A stretch of 64,000 nt of DNA from Henriciella sp. (GTDB lineage Bacteria > Pseudomonadota > Alphaproteobacteria > Caulobacterales > Hyphomonadaceae): positions 3,563,516 to 3,627,515 of the forward strand of contig OZ245793.1 in assembly GCA_965228095.1 (NCBI GenBank), given 5' to 3'. The translations under genes were made by a program, and so were the position numbers. This document shows positions 54,943 to 64,000 of this stretch, in pieces; within the stretch, counting starts at the first letter, position 1; each line of letters opens with the position of its first letter. Under the pieces are notes generated by a model. The model worked only from the letters and a program-made list of their open reading frames with translations. It searched no databases and was not told the origin of the DNA.

Positions 54943-57900
54943 GTTAATCGTCGTCGTCAAAGACGATCCATTTTCCGACCGGCCCCCGCGATTGATCAAA
55001 GCAGAGGCCGGCACGCCAATCTCTGAGCTGGTAGATATGGCCGGCTTTGAGCAGATCGCGCTTGATCATGCAGAAGCCAGTATCAATGGCGAAGCAATCG
55101 ACGCTGAGCTATGGGCGGAGACGCCAGGGCGCGATCATGTTCAGATCGTTGTGCTGCCGCGTGGTGGTGATGATGGTAATAAGCTTCTGCGAACCGTCCT
55201 GACGATCGCGGTCATTGTAGCTGCGTTCTATCTGGGCCCCGAGGTGGCCGCGATTTTTGCAGCAGAAGGAACGAAAGCGTTTGCGGCCATTTCTTACCTG
55301 ACAACTGCTGTCGTGACGACGGTCGGGCAGTTGGCGATCAACTCAATTGTGCCGCCGCCCAGCTTCGAGTTCGGAGAGCAGCCTGATCCGGTCTACTTTA
55401 TAGAGGGCATCCGCAACCAACTTTTCCCTCTACAGCCGGTGCAAACCGTGCTGGGGCGCCACCGTATCGTGCCTCGCTTGGGGGCGCGGGCATACCCGGA
55501 AATCCGCGGTGACGACACCTACTATTACATCGTCGTAGAACTCGGACCCATCGATGTTGAGGTGACAGATCGCAAAGTCGGAGACACGCCGCTCGCGAAT
55601 ATTGATGGCGTCGTTTATCAAAGCCGGCTGGTTCCAACGGATCCTCATCCGACAATGGCGAGCCGGCAAACCTTCTCAGAGAGCGTCGGCGCCACTCTGC
55701 TCGAGTCAGATCCGGAGGTTCGTCGAACCGCTTCGGACGTCATTGATTGCGATCTGATTTTCGCATTCCCGCAGGGCTTGGGCGGCACGAACAAGAAAGG
55801 CAATCCCACCAGTCAGTCGGTAAACGTGCAGGTCCGCTATCGCGAAGTCATTAATCCCGGGCCGAGTGAGACATTCGGAGATTGGCGATTTGCGTCAGCT
55901 CGAACGAACGCGATTTACCCGGAGTTTCGAGGGTTCGAAAACCTGCTGGCACTGAGTGGTGGCGGCATTGGCGGAGATCCAAACTTTGGCACATCGGCGT
56001 CGTTTCGCTTTGTTGAGGCGAAGCCGGCGCAGCCATTCTTCCGCCAGGTCGGATTTTCCTTTCCGAGTGAGGGCACGTACGAAGTCGAGGTTCTGCGCAT
56101 CAGTCCAGATTCAAACGATGCGCGTGAATTCGATGATATTGTCTGGCAAACAATTCTCTCCAAGCGCGATGAGCCGGTCATAAACCGCGACGATGTCGCC
56201 TATGAGGTTTATCGTTTCAAAGGTACGGACGAAACGAGCGGCGCAATCGATGAGCTGAACATGGTTGTCGGTCGCTGGATCCCCGCGTTTCCGGATTCTG
56301 TTCTCGATCAGGCGGATTTAAGCGGCGTCACCGCCGCTGATTTGAGTGTCACCAAAGTCAGCTCTAATCCGTGGGAGCAATCGCTGTGGATCATGCGCAA
56401 CGGCTTCAATGCCCGCGAAGCGGTAACCGACGATGGTTTCGATTGGCCCAGCTTTGCGGCCGCCGCCAAGGATGCGCGCGATCGCGGCCTGAAGTTCGAT
56501 TATGTCGTCAGACAAAATGTGACAGTTGGTGATTTGGGCAACCTGGTCGCCAGCTCGGGTGGCGAGGGCCGGATTTATTCGTACAACAACATTTGGACCG
56601 CGGGCGTTGACCGCCCCATCCCAGCCCCATCGCACGTATTCCGTGATGGAACAGCGCGAAACATTTCTTCCACCAAGTCATTTCCGGAAGAAGTGCATGC
56701 CTTCATCGTCACCTTCAACGATGCCAATAATGGTTGGCGCACGCGCGAGGTCACGATCTACGTCGACGGGTTCACTAAAGCTACCGCGACAAAGTTCGAG
56801 CGCATTTCGATTCCCGGGAAAACAGACTGGGACGACCTGCATCGCGCCATCCTGCAGCTCTACCGAAACTCGCGGCTGCAGAGCGAAACCACGAATTTAG
56901 AGGTTCCAAAAGACAGTCTCGACAATACGCTTCGTCCCATGGGCCGCATTTCCGTGGCGAGCCGTGTGATCACACAGGTTCAGGGATCTGGCATTCTTCG
57001 GGGCATAACCACAAGTTCGGGTCAGGTGACTGAGGTAGAACTTGATCAGGAACTCAATCAGGGGCCCAGCTATCCGGGACTGGCTCTCAAATGGGTCAAC
57101 AGCGATGGAACGCTATCAGATCCTGCGCCGCTCGTAATTCCTGGATCCGATGGGTTGAGTGCGACGGCAACGCTCGACACACCGGTCGCGGAAGCTGGTG
57201 GCCCTGTCGCCGGCGCAGACTATATCATCGGCCCGATTGGCACCGACCTGTTTGAGGGTTTGCTCGAGACCGCAGAAGATGCCGGCGACGAATGGATCCG
57301 TCTCAGCCTCAAGTCCTATGCACCTGCCCGATTTGACGAGACCGGATCCGTCATTCCGCCTTATGCGATTGAGCCGGTCTTACCGTTGGGGTCGAGCCCT
57401 CCGACGCCGGTGTTTGTCAGCGCCGAGGCGAGCAACTTCAAGATTACGGTCACCTTCACTGTGCCGGAGGGGTATCCGCAGCCTTTGCGCGAAATTCGCG
57501 TGTGGCGAGCTTATGCTGCGCCAGACGACGATACGGATCCCGACGCGCTGTCGGTCTTCGAGCAGCTGCCATCGCTCGGGCCGGAGGTTCGCCAATTGAT
57601 CGATGCTCCAGGTCAAGTAGGTCAGCGCATCGTCTATCGGTTCCAGACAGTGGCTGTGACGGGTCGAACAAGCCCGGTGATGGAAACGCCATACATCACG
57701 GTCGCTGACGTCCTGCCATTCGCGAATAACTTCGCCGCGGTCGGCGGAACCGAAACTGGCTCGAATGGCGTGATCAATCCCGTGATTGAAGTCACGTGGG
57801 ATCCGGATGACGATATCGCCATCCAGGAAGCGGTGATTGAGGCGCGGGTTGTTGCGAAGGATGTCAGCGACGTTCGATTGCCTGATGCGTCACAGCCTGA

Positions 57901-58846
57901 CTACACGCCGGTGACCAATATACCCGCCATCAAAGGGCGATTCACCATTCGTGGGGTGCCTCCTGGCGTCGACATGGACGTTCAGATGTTCTATCGCGGC
58001 CGCCGCGGCGAGATCGGAACGGCCTACGAAGTCCGCGACGTTGCTGTGCCAGATGGTGCGGCCGGCACCACGGGGAGCGTCGATTGGGGCAACATCATTG
58101 GTACGCCTCTCGAGCTAGTTGATGGGCGAGTCGGAGCTGGGCTCGACGCATCTGGAGATCTGGCCCGACCGATACCGGTCGCGACTGCAAATTCGTCTGG
58201 GCTGCTCCGCTACACGGGCGGCGCGCTCTATACTGGTTCGCTCGATGCTGATCGAACCCTTGTGAACATCGCAGCCGGCTTTCAGGGTCAAGGCGATCTC
58301 GCGAGTGAAGACGCCGCGTCTGATCGCGCTTATGCAAATTTCATCGTCGCCACGAGCGGAATTGGATACACCAATTCAGAGTTCAACGTGAATGGATCTG
58401 ATCAGATCTGCGGCGTCGACAATATCTATCGAGAAAAGGCCTTCGCGACCGTTAGCTGCGATGGCTCGCCCGTGGAGATTATGTTTACCGCTTACTTTGG
58501 TGAGGGCGCGCCAAACACATCGTCCGAAGCCCCCGAGCTGACGGTGTCTGCGCTCATTCGGCGCGTGGAAGGAACGAAGATCATCTCGCAGGGCAGTCAT
58601 GTTGCTGTGCTGCGGGCCGATGCCGAAACAGGGACAAGTCGTTCATTCGGCGGCACGTTCCGTGTTGTTGATGATGATCCTGGCGGCACGCCGGCTAACC
58701 CCGTCAATCGCACCTATCAGATCTTCTTCGCGACAACTCGCACAAGCCCCAAACCGCCGGCAGATTTCGTCGCAATCCTCAATCCCAATATTTGGTCTGG
58801 AATGAGACTGACCGTGCATCGGGAAAACGCTAACAACATCACATAA
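54929..58846 (+). CDS. Central tail tip / host-specificity protein (gpI-gpJ-like fusion)
   Basis: 1305 aa; paralog of 6330..10259. Confidence 0.85.
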   Translation: MSHDELIVVVKDDPFSDRPPRLIKAEAGTPISELVDMAGFEQIALDHAEASINGEAIDAELWAETPGRDHVQIVVLPRGGDDGNKLLRTVLTIAVIVAAFYLGPEVAAIFAAEGTKAFAAISYLTTAVVTTVGQLAINSIVPPPSFEFGEQPDPVYFIEGIRNQLFPLQPVQTVLGRHRIVPRLGARAYPEIRGDDTYYYIVVELGPIDVEVTDRKVGDTPLANIDGVVYQSRLVPTDPHPTMASRQTFSESVGATLLESDPEVRRTASDVIDCDLIFAFPQGLGGTNKKGNPTSQSVNVQVRYREVINPGPSETFGDWRFASARTNAIYPEFRGFENLLALSGGGIGGDPNFGTSASFRFVEAKPAQPFFRQVGFSFPSEGTYEVEVLRISPDSNDAREFDDIVWQTILSKRDEPVINRDDVAYEVYRFKGTDETSGAIDELNMVVGRWIPAFPDSVLDQADLSGVTAADLSVTKVSSNPWEQSLWIMRNGFNAREAVTDDGFDWPSFAAAAKDARDRGLKFDYVVRQNVTVGDLGNLVASSGGEGRIYSYNNIWTAGVDRPIPAPSHVFRDGTARNISSTKSFPEEVHAFIVTFNDANNGWRTREVTIYVDGFTKATATKFERISIPGKTDWDDLHRAILQLYRNSRLQSETTNLEVPKDSLDNTLRPMGRISVASRVITQVQGSGILRGITTSSGQVTEVELDQELNQGPSYPGLALKWVNSDGTLSDPAPLVIPGSDGLSATATLDTPVAEAGGPVAGADYIIGPIGTDLFEGLLETAEDAGDEWIRLSLKSYAPARFDETGSVIPPYAIEPVLPLGSSPPTPVFVSAEASNFKITVTFTVPEGYPQPLREIRVWRAYAAPDDDTDPDALSVFEQLPSLGPEVRQLIDAPGQVGQRIVYRFQTVAVTGRTSPVMETPYITVADVLPFANNFAAVGGTETGSNGVINPVIEVTWDPDDDIAIQEAVIEARVVAKDVSDVRLPDASQPDYTPVTNIPAIKGRFTIRGVPPGVDMDVQMFYRGRRGEIGTAYEVRDVAVPDGAAGTTGSVDWGNIIGTPLELVDGRVGAGLDASGDLARPIPVATANSSGLLRYTGGALYTGSLDADRTLVNIAAGFQGQGDLASEDAASDRAYANFIVATSGIGYTNSEFNVNGSDQICGVDNIYREKAFATVSCDGSPVEIMFTAYFGEGAPNTSSEAPELTVSALIRRVEGTKIISQGSHVAVLRADAETGTSRSFGGTFRVVDDDPGGTPANPVNRTYQIFFATTRTSPKPPADFVAILNPNIWSGMRLTVHRENANNIT

Positions 58847-58862
58847 TCACTGGAGAAATAGG

Positions 58863-59099
58863 ATGATTAGAGCTGCCCTCGCCGGGCTGGCATTGATGCT
58901 GCCTGGCTGTCAAACAATCAAAGTTCAAGGCGTGGAAATTGACCGCGAAACTCAATTTGTGGCCGCTGCGTTTGCCGTCGCCGGCGCCTTGGTGATCGCC
59001 CATCTCGCAGACAGCGATGATGAGCAGGAAAAGTGCACGCAATATGTGGCCGTCCCGCCCGGCAAAGATGCGCCTTTCATGTGCGAAGAAGAGTGGTGA
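58863..59099 (+). CDS. Small lipoprotein
   Basis: LALMLPGC lipobox. Confidence 0.65.
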   Translation: MIRAALAGLALMLPGCQTIKVQGVEIDRETQFVAAAFAVAGALVIAHLADSDDEQEKCTQYVAVPPGKDAPFMCEEEW

Positions 59100-59109
59100 G
59101 GTGAAGCGC

Positions 59110-59415
59110 ATGAAACCGATGGCGCTAGACAAGCTGATACCGCTTCTCAAGGAAGCCCGGCATACAGAACTTCTAAACTCGCCGGCGCGGGCCGTGATGG
59201 GGACGTATCGAAAACTGAAGTCAAAAGACACACTCCGGGCCGCTGAAAAGCGGCTTTTGTTTGAGTGCTGTTTGATGATCGAGACCTACAATTTCAGCAA
59301 TTCTGCAGGGGAAGCGAACGCCGTTCGGATTGACCTGCAGTCTCGCTTTAAGACCTTCCGGTTCCGTCCAAAACCGAAGGCGAAGCCGAAGGCCAAATCA
59401 AAGGCGAAGAAATGA
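59110..59415 (+). CDS. Hypothetical protein with KPKA repeats
   Basis: Paralog of 10523..10828. Confidence 0.65.
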   Translation: MKPMALDKLIPLLKEARHTELLNSPARAVMGTYRKLKSKDTLRAAEKRLLFECCLMIETYNFSNSAGEANAVRIDLQSRFKTFRFRPKPKAKPKAKSKAKK

Positions 59416-59876
59416 CCAGCTATCGCATTGATCGCGTCGAGCGTGGCGCGCATGGCCAATCCTGGGATATCCTTGGCGAAGGTGACACGATCGGGCCTGA
59501 GCATCACACCCACGCGTCGTGGGATCAGTTGTGGCGTTGGCCGAACTTTAAACCTGAAGAGCTAGCGAGCGAGTCCGATGGCGTATTGATGCTGTACGCG
59601 CCGGCGATCGATGCGCTTCAGGAAGTTCGATCCCACCTTGGCCAACCGCTGACAATCAACAGCGCTTACCGGTCGCCGGCGCATAATCACAAGATTGGCG
59701 GCGCGAAACGATCGCGCCATCTCGCCGGCGCAGCGTTTGATGTGGCCTGTCCCGAAGGGTTTCAGGCGCCACTCGCGAATGTTGCGCGCAGGTTTGGCTT
59801 TAACGGCATCATTTTTTACCACACATTCGTGCATCTGGACTTCCGGGCGCGAAGGTATGAGCGGACGCGCCGCTGA
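59412..59876 (+). CDS. Endolysin, peptidase M15A family
   Basis: INSAYRS, SRHL.G.AFD and FVHLD motifs. Confidence 0.85.
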   Translation: MTSYRIDRVERGAHGQSWDILGEGDTIGPEHHTHASWDQLWRWPNFKPEELASESDGVLMLYAPAIDALQEVRSHLGQPLTINSAYRSPAHNHKIGGAKRSRHLAGAAFDVACPEGFQAPLANVARRFGFNGIIFYHTFVHLDFRARRYERTRR

Positions 59877-60187
59877 TGGGTGAGCCTGTCGGGAAGTATC
59901 TCTACAAATTGGAAAATGAGGAGGAGACTTACCTCCTTTTTTTGTGCCCTGGATGCGGTCTGACGCACCCGTACATCATCCGGGCGACGGATCCATCGCG
60001 GCCCAAATGGTCGTACAATGGCGATGAGGCGGCACCGACATTCAGCCCCTCGCTCCTGGTCAATAAGGACCACCCCCAATCCCGCTGCCATCTCTTCGTG
60101 GAGGGCGGCCGAATTCGCTACCTGCAGGACTGTCACCATGACCTGCGGGGGCAAACGATAGATCTGCCGGCATACCCGTCAGACTAA
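59876..60187 (+). CDS. DUF6527-like Cys/His protein
   Basis: Paralog of 11289..11600. Confidence 0.6.
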   Translation: MGEPVGKYLYKLENEEETYLLFLCPGCGLTHPYIIRATDPSRPKWSYNGDEAAPTFSPSLLVNKDHPQSRCHLFVEGGRIRYLQDCHHDLRGQTIDLPAYPSD

Positions 60188-60245
60188 ACAGGCGCGCCGG
60201 CTGCCTGTCCCAAACGCTGGTTTTCTCAAAACAAGGAAACTTACT

Positions 60246-60446
60246 ATGGAAACCATCATTCCAATGGTTGTTGCTGCCCTCACACCTATGGGCAAAGACT
60301 ATGCTGCAAAGACCGGCTTTGATGCCGGCGAAAAGCTCCGCGATCTGATCGCCGAGAGCGAAAACGAACTCGACGATACCGCCGTCGAGATCGCGGAAGT
60401 GTTCGTCACGAACCTTCTCGAAGGTCTGAACACCCCAGCCGAGTAA
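60246..60446 (+). CDS. Small acidic hypothetical protein
   Basis: Paralog of 11659..11859. Confidence 0.65.
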   Translation: METIIPMVVAALTPMGKDYAAKTGFDAGEKLRDLIAESENELDDTAVEIAEVFVTNLLEGLNTPAE

Positions 60447-60662
60447 ATGGACAATGCCCTGATCTGGGGCGCAGTTCTGGTCGTCTTGCTGGCCGGCGCG
60501 CTGTTCTTTGCGCGCAGATCTGGCAAGGCGACTGAGCGGGCGTCCCGTCATGAGGCGAGAGCCAAAGACGAAAGAGGAAAATCCGATGCGCTTCAGGAAG
60601 CTAATGCCACTCCTACTCGTTCCATTCGCGACCGGCTGCGTCGGAATGCTCGGAAGCGATAG
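60447..60662 (+). CDS. Inner-membrane spanin (Rz-like)
   Basis: N-terminal TM; paralog of 11860..12090. Confidence 0.7.
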   Translation: MDNALIWGAVLVVLLAGALFFARRSGKATERASRHEARAKDERGKSDALQEANATPTRSIRDRLRRNARKR

Positions 60663-60789
60663 GATCTGTCCAATCAAGCCGGTCTATACCGAAGAAGAGA
60701 TCGAATTTTGGTCCGACGAGCACGTTGAGTACGTGTTTGCTGTTGAGCTTCAGGGCGAACAGATGGGTTGTTGGGACCTGGAAGAATAA
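60586..60789 (+). CDS. Outer-membrane spanin lipoprotein (Rz1-like)
   Basis: MRFRKLMPLLLVPFATGC lipobox in overlapping frame. Confidence 0.7.
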   Translation: MRFRKLMPLLLVPFATGCVGMLGSDRICPIKPVYTEEEIEFWSDEHVEYVFAVELQGEQMGCWDLEE

Positions 60790-60813
60790 ACCTTAATCAC
60801 ACGGGGCTGGTGA

Positions 60814-61242
60814 ATGTTTCTATCGACCAAATTTATGTTGCACGGAACGTTGATCGTGCTGTCGGCGATCGCCGGCACCAGTGCGACAGTGGTGCCGGCA
60901 GCGAACTCGGTCGTTGGCTTGTCGGCTATGGCGATCGCGGCAGCATGCGCAGGCTCGGCGTCGGCGATCTTGTTTTTGATCCTGGATCAGAAAGAACGAC
61001 CGCCCGAGCGAATATTTCGCCGTGTCTTTTGGGTCATGGCAGCCTTTGCGCTTGGCGCGGCCTTTGGCTTATTTGTTGGGCCATCGATCGCGAGTTCATC
61101 GCCGCTCGATCGAATAGCCGGCATCTATATCGGTGGCTTGGTTGGCTTTGGGGTCATCGGCGTTCTCGTCAGTCCTAAAACCATGAAAGCGCTTGGGGCC
61201 TGGCTTGTCGCGATGTTGACCAAGCGCGGAGGTGGCTCATGA
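60814..61242 (+). CDS. Holin-like membrane protein
   Basis: Paralog of 12226..12654. Confidence 0.55.
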   Translation: MFLSTKFMLHGTLIVLSAIAGTSATVVPAANSVVGLSAMAIAAACAGSASAILFLILDQKERPPERIFRRVFWVMAAFALGAAFGLFVGPSIASSSPLDRIAGIYIGGLVGFGVIGVLVSPKTMKALGAWLVAMLTKRGGGS

Positions 61243-61595
61243 CCTACGTAATCGCGTTCCTGTGCCTGCTGCAGGCCGTTCTCGCCGTCATTATCATGTA
61301 CTTCCTGACACAGGTCCCGTCGCTAACGCCGCGATGGCCCTGGAAGCACCCTTTCAGCCCTGTCCTGGAGCGATTGATGAGTACGGGGATCAACATGGCC
61401 TGGATGGGCTATATGATCTTGATGATCTATATCGCTTCAGCATTGGCGTTGGGCGAACTCGACGCTGAGACACTGCTGGAAATGCTCGCCATGGGTAACA
61501 CTGGGCTGTTTCTTGCCTTCACCTTTGGCGCCGTGATCCTCAGCCATTTCGCGTGGTTCGCCTGGCGCGCGGATCATCAGAGGTTCATGCCATAG
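61239..61595 (+). CDS. Membrane protein (holin/antiholin-like)
   Basis: Paralog of 12651..13007. Confidence 0.55.
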   Translation: MTYVIAFLCLLQAVLAVIIMYFLTQVPSLTPRWPWKHPFSPVLERLMSTGINMAWMGYMILMIYIASALALGELDAETLLEMLAMGNTGLFLAFTFGAVILSHFAWFAWRADHQRFMP

Positions 61596-61623
61596 TCGAG
61601 CACTCAGAATTCGGTTCGATTTT

Positions 61624-61653
61624 GCCCCGCCCCTGTGGCGGGGTTTTTTCTTT
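61624..61653 (+). terminator. Intrinsic terminator ending late operon
   Basis: GCCCCGCC-cctgt-GGCGGGGT then TTTTTCTTT. Confidence 0.85.
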
Positions 61654-61856
61654 GGGTTCTTTCCAGGCGAAGCGTGTGCTAAAATGAACCTGTGGTGGAA
61701 TTCCCGCCTTTTTCAATCTTCTTTCAGTTTCGTGGACGTCAATTCAGTAGAGAAAAATTAAATATCGATGCGGATAAATTTCTGGGCGCTCATGACTTTC
61801 GGTATATTTTACGTGGCAGGCCTACGCCGCTTGGTTTTTCCGGAGAGAATAGACTG

Positions 61857-62054
61857 ATGCATCCGCTTGTGCAGATCCAGGAACTGCTAGTCCATATAGA
61901 AGAACTGGCGACGGCCGATATCGGGGCAAGTGATGAATTGCGTGAGCGGATCGCCGCTGCGACAAGACAGGCAGAACTCGACCTATATGCGGCTGAACTA
62001 CTTGGATCGGCTGGAGAGATCGAGAATGTGGAGGATCATATCGAGGGTGACTAG
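61857..62054 (+). CDS. Small protein (65 aa), smORF-A homolog
   Basis: GGAGA RBS; aligns to 14658..14837. Confidence 0.75.
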   Translation: MHPLVQIQELLVHIEELATADIGASDELRERIAAATRQAELDLYAAELLGSAGEIENVEDHIEGD

Positions 62055-62366
62055 GGCTGTGTCCGGTCCCATTTTTCGATTGATCTCTTCAATGCGTTGT
62101 TTGCGGGCAGCTGCATCACCGTTTGCATCACTGCCAGTCGCTTCAGCTTCACGAAAGAAATGTCCTGGCTTGATGTCCAACGCGATTGCAATTCGATTGA
62201 GCGTGCGTGCAGGAATGGGTCGAGCGCCACGTTCATAGTATCCGAGCGTCGCGCGCAAAATCGACACTCTCGCCGCCAGGCGCTCCTGGCTCCAACCTTT
62301 CGCGCGTCTCGCCGATCGAATTGCTGTGCCCAGCTGTTGATCAAAAATTTGGGGCGTCTCGACCAT
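61998..62366 (-). CDS. XRE-family HTH repressor
   Basis: IRSARRAKGWSQERLAARVSILRATLGYYERG; paralog of 14820..15182. Confidence 0.9.
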   Translation of the reverse strand: MVETPQIFDQQLGTAIRSARRAKGWSQERLAARVSILRATLGYYERGARPIPARTLNRIAIALDIKPGHFFREAEATGSDANGDAAARKQRIEEINRKMGPDTALVTLDMILHILDLSSRSK

Positions 62367-62402
62367 GGTAGAGAATATAGAGATCTCGCTCACTGGTGGA
62401 AA
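62367..62402 (-). promoter_or_regulatory. Promoter giving a probable leaderless XRE mRNA
   Basis: Minus strand TTTCCA-N17-TATATT-N7-ATG. Confidence 0.6.
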
Positions 62403-62631
62403 GTTTACAGACTCAGCCATAATCGCCATCCTGCAACACAGCGTTTCAGAAATCATTCCGATCTCTTAAAAAAGACAAATTGTCTATGTTGACTCGTGCA
62501 ATACGCGTGCTCAGTTTGTTTCAAAAATATAGCAACAATCTTCTGCAACTGAACTAAGCCGAAAATACAAATGCGTACTCTCGACGGTCCGCATTAATAA
62601 TACAGAACGTATAGTATGGTGGGTAATAGCA

Positions 62632-62853
62632 TTGTCGAAAGCAAGTATTGATAGGGACGTCACACCCTTAATGTCCGTTCGGTTAATCCGGACTCGAGCG
62701 ATGATACATTCGGTAAAAACGATGGCCGATGCGGTCGACGGAAAGGCCAACATTCAATCAGGAGACCGCGATCTCGAGGCTCTGATCGCAATGGCGTCGG
62801 TGGTTCACGATGAGTTTGAGAGTTTGATGGCGGATTTCGACCAGCAGACCTGA
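62632..62853 (+). CDS. Small protein (73 aa), smORF-B homolog
   Basis: TTG start; aligns to 15448..15669. Confidence 0.7.
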   Translation: MSKASIDRDVTPLMSVRLIRTRAMIHSVKTMADAVDGKANIQSGDRDLEALIAMASVVHDEFESLMADFDQQT

Positions 62854-63234
62854 TCAGCTCGCCTTTGCGTCGCTCTCGTCAAGTTGCAGCGCTTCTCGCA
62901 AGATCGCATTCATCCGGGTCTGCCAGCCAGTCCCATCTGCCTGTAACGCTTTAATCACGTCGTCGTCCAGGCGAACGGTTTTTTGAGTTTTCCTGGATCC
63001 AACCGGCCGGCCACGTTTGCGAACCATGACTAGCTTGCCGGACTCGATGTCTTCGGGCGTTATCGGCATGTTGTCTGGATCGTACGGATTGTCGGACGGC
63101 TTGGTTGCCGGCTTCTTCGCACGTAATCCGGATTGGCGCATTGTCGATGCGCGCACAATTCTGCCGTCCTTTGCGAACGATCGAGCAAACTTAGCAGGGC
63201 TGGTTTTTGGTTTTCGTTTCGGTGGTTTAGTCAT
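62854..63234 (-). CDS. brnA: BrnA-family antitoxin
   Basis: RGRP...KTQKTVRLDDDVI..L...G.GWQTRMNAILR. Confidence 0.88.
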   Translation of the reverse strand: MTKPPKRKPKTSPAKFARSFAKDGRIVRASTMRQSGLRAKKPATKPSDNPYDPDNMPITPEDIESGKLVMVRKRGRPVGSRKTQKTVRLDDDVIKALQADGTGWQTRMNAILREALQLDESDAKAS

Positions 63235-63502
63235 GGTACATTCTCCTTTCTTGAGGAGTTGAGCGGCGAAGGGAAATGATGCGAATGCGCTCGCCGCGAT
63301 ATGTGAAGCTCATGGTGTGCAACCGGCCTTGGATCAGTCCGATGGCTGTTGAGCGAACCTCGTCATAATTGAATCGGTCGTCTTCAAACTCCGTGCACGT
63401 ATCCCAATCAAAATTGGACGCCGCTTCGAACGAGACACCGTGCGTATCGATATTGGAGACATTTTTTGCTTCATCCCATTCGTATTCCGGCGTCTCGCTC
63501 AT
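63227..63502 (-). CDS. brnT: BrnT-family toxin (RNase)
   Basis: EWDEAKN..N...HGVSFE.A, E.R...IG, IRIISLR. Confidence 0.9.
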   Translation of the reverse strand: MSETPEYEWDEAKNVSNIDTHGVSFEAASNFDWDTCTEFEDDRFNYDEVRSTAIGLIQGRLHTMSFTYRGERIRIISLRRSTPQERRMYHD

Positions 63503-63551
63503 GGATTTAATGTAGTTACATTAAATAAGTTTTCAAGAGATGAAGCAGCGA

Positions 63552-63965
63552 TCAATTTGAATGTGCTGGATGCTGAACGATTTCGATGATTTCGCCGTCA
63601 TACATGATCCAAGCCTGACCTGCCTTCACTTCTGTGTGAACCTGGATGCGGGTGCCGTTGATATTATCGACCACGGCCGATTGGGCGCCGCCATGCTTGC
63701 CGATCAGGTTGAACGGTGGGACCTGGCCGCCTTCCTTTTGATACTCCTGAAGGTCGCTCAAGGCGAAATGAACCTCAAAGAGTGTGGCATCGTAGCCGGC
63801 GCGCGAGCGCTGCTCGATGCGGTGATCCGTCAGGCGTGTCATCGCGACCTTGATCAGGCCGTGAAGGAAAAGCGGGTTTGGTTCAGTTGAGGGTGCGGTC
63901 ATGCAGATCTCCAGGTTGCCGGTCTTATAATTCCGCGGCGTGAATTCTCCAGTCCGTTCGTTCAC
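63552..63965 (-). CDS. Hypothetical protein
   Basis: 137-aa ORF upstream of brnT; start uncertain near window edge. Confidence 0.45.
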   Translation of the reverse strand: MNERTGEFTPRNYKTGNLEICMTAPSTEPNPLFLHGLIKVAMTRLTDHRIEQRSRAGYDATLFEVHFALSDLQEYQKEGGQVPPFNLIGKHGGAQSAVVDNINGTRIQVHTEVKAGQAWIMYDGEIIEIVQHPAHSN

Positions 63966-64000
63966 TGCGAAGCGTTTCGGAATAGAAGCGATCGACGGAA

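Larger units (their letters stand above)
15863..64000. mobile_element. Prophage B, near-complete lambda-like siphovirus
   Basis: int/xis, cI/cro, replication, terminase, portal, capsid, tail and lysis in canonical order. Confidence 0.92.

Noticed and set aside
54929-58846. Diversity-generating retroelement or invertible tail-fibre shufflon
   Set aside because: No reverse transcriptase or invertase, and differences between the copies are not adenine-specific.

Overview
The whole window is prophage DNA, about 58-60% GC by eye. The host is most likely an alphaproteobacterium, inferred from a MucR/Ros gene and an alphaproteobacterial-type tRNA-Ser fragment. It holds two related lambda-like siphovirus prophages in tandem. 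Prophage A (1-~15820) is seen only at its right end: tail, lysis, a luxR-luxI quorum-sensing pair and a smORF/XRE/smORF cassette. Prophage B (~15863-64000) is nearly complete: integrase/xis, early-left genes, cI/cro switch, methylase and replication genes, terminase, head, tail, lysis, the same smORF/XRE/smORF cassette without luxRI, and BrnTA. The junction carries the 5' 41 nt of tRNA-Ser(GCT), which looks like an att site. The top candidates are: (1) a prophage-borne AHL-type signalling module (LuxR, a 20-bp lux-box-like palindrome, LuxI, and a translationally coupled small protein facing an XRE repressor), absent from the sister prophage; (2) a ~1-kb ORF-free, helix-dense insert between gpW and portal with GNRA loops and a tRNA-like domain, a candidate large structured ncRNA; (3) a 16-bp motif repeated four times in prophage B; (4) host-regulator look-alikes (RNAP alpha-CTD-like, MucR, stand-alone CapW/BrxR-like wHTH); (5) a tail-completion-like protein fused to ~22-aa repeats. 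All family assignments come from recognising motifs by eye; no database searches were run.
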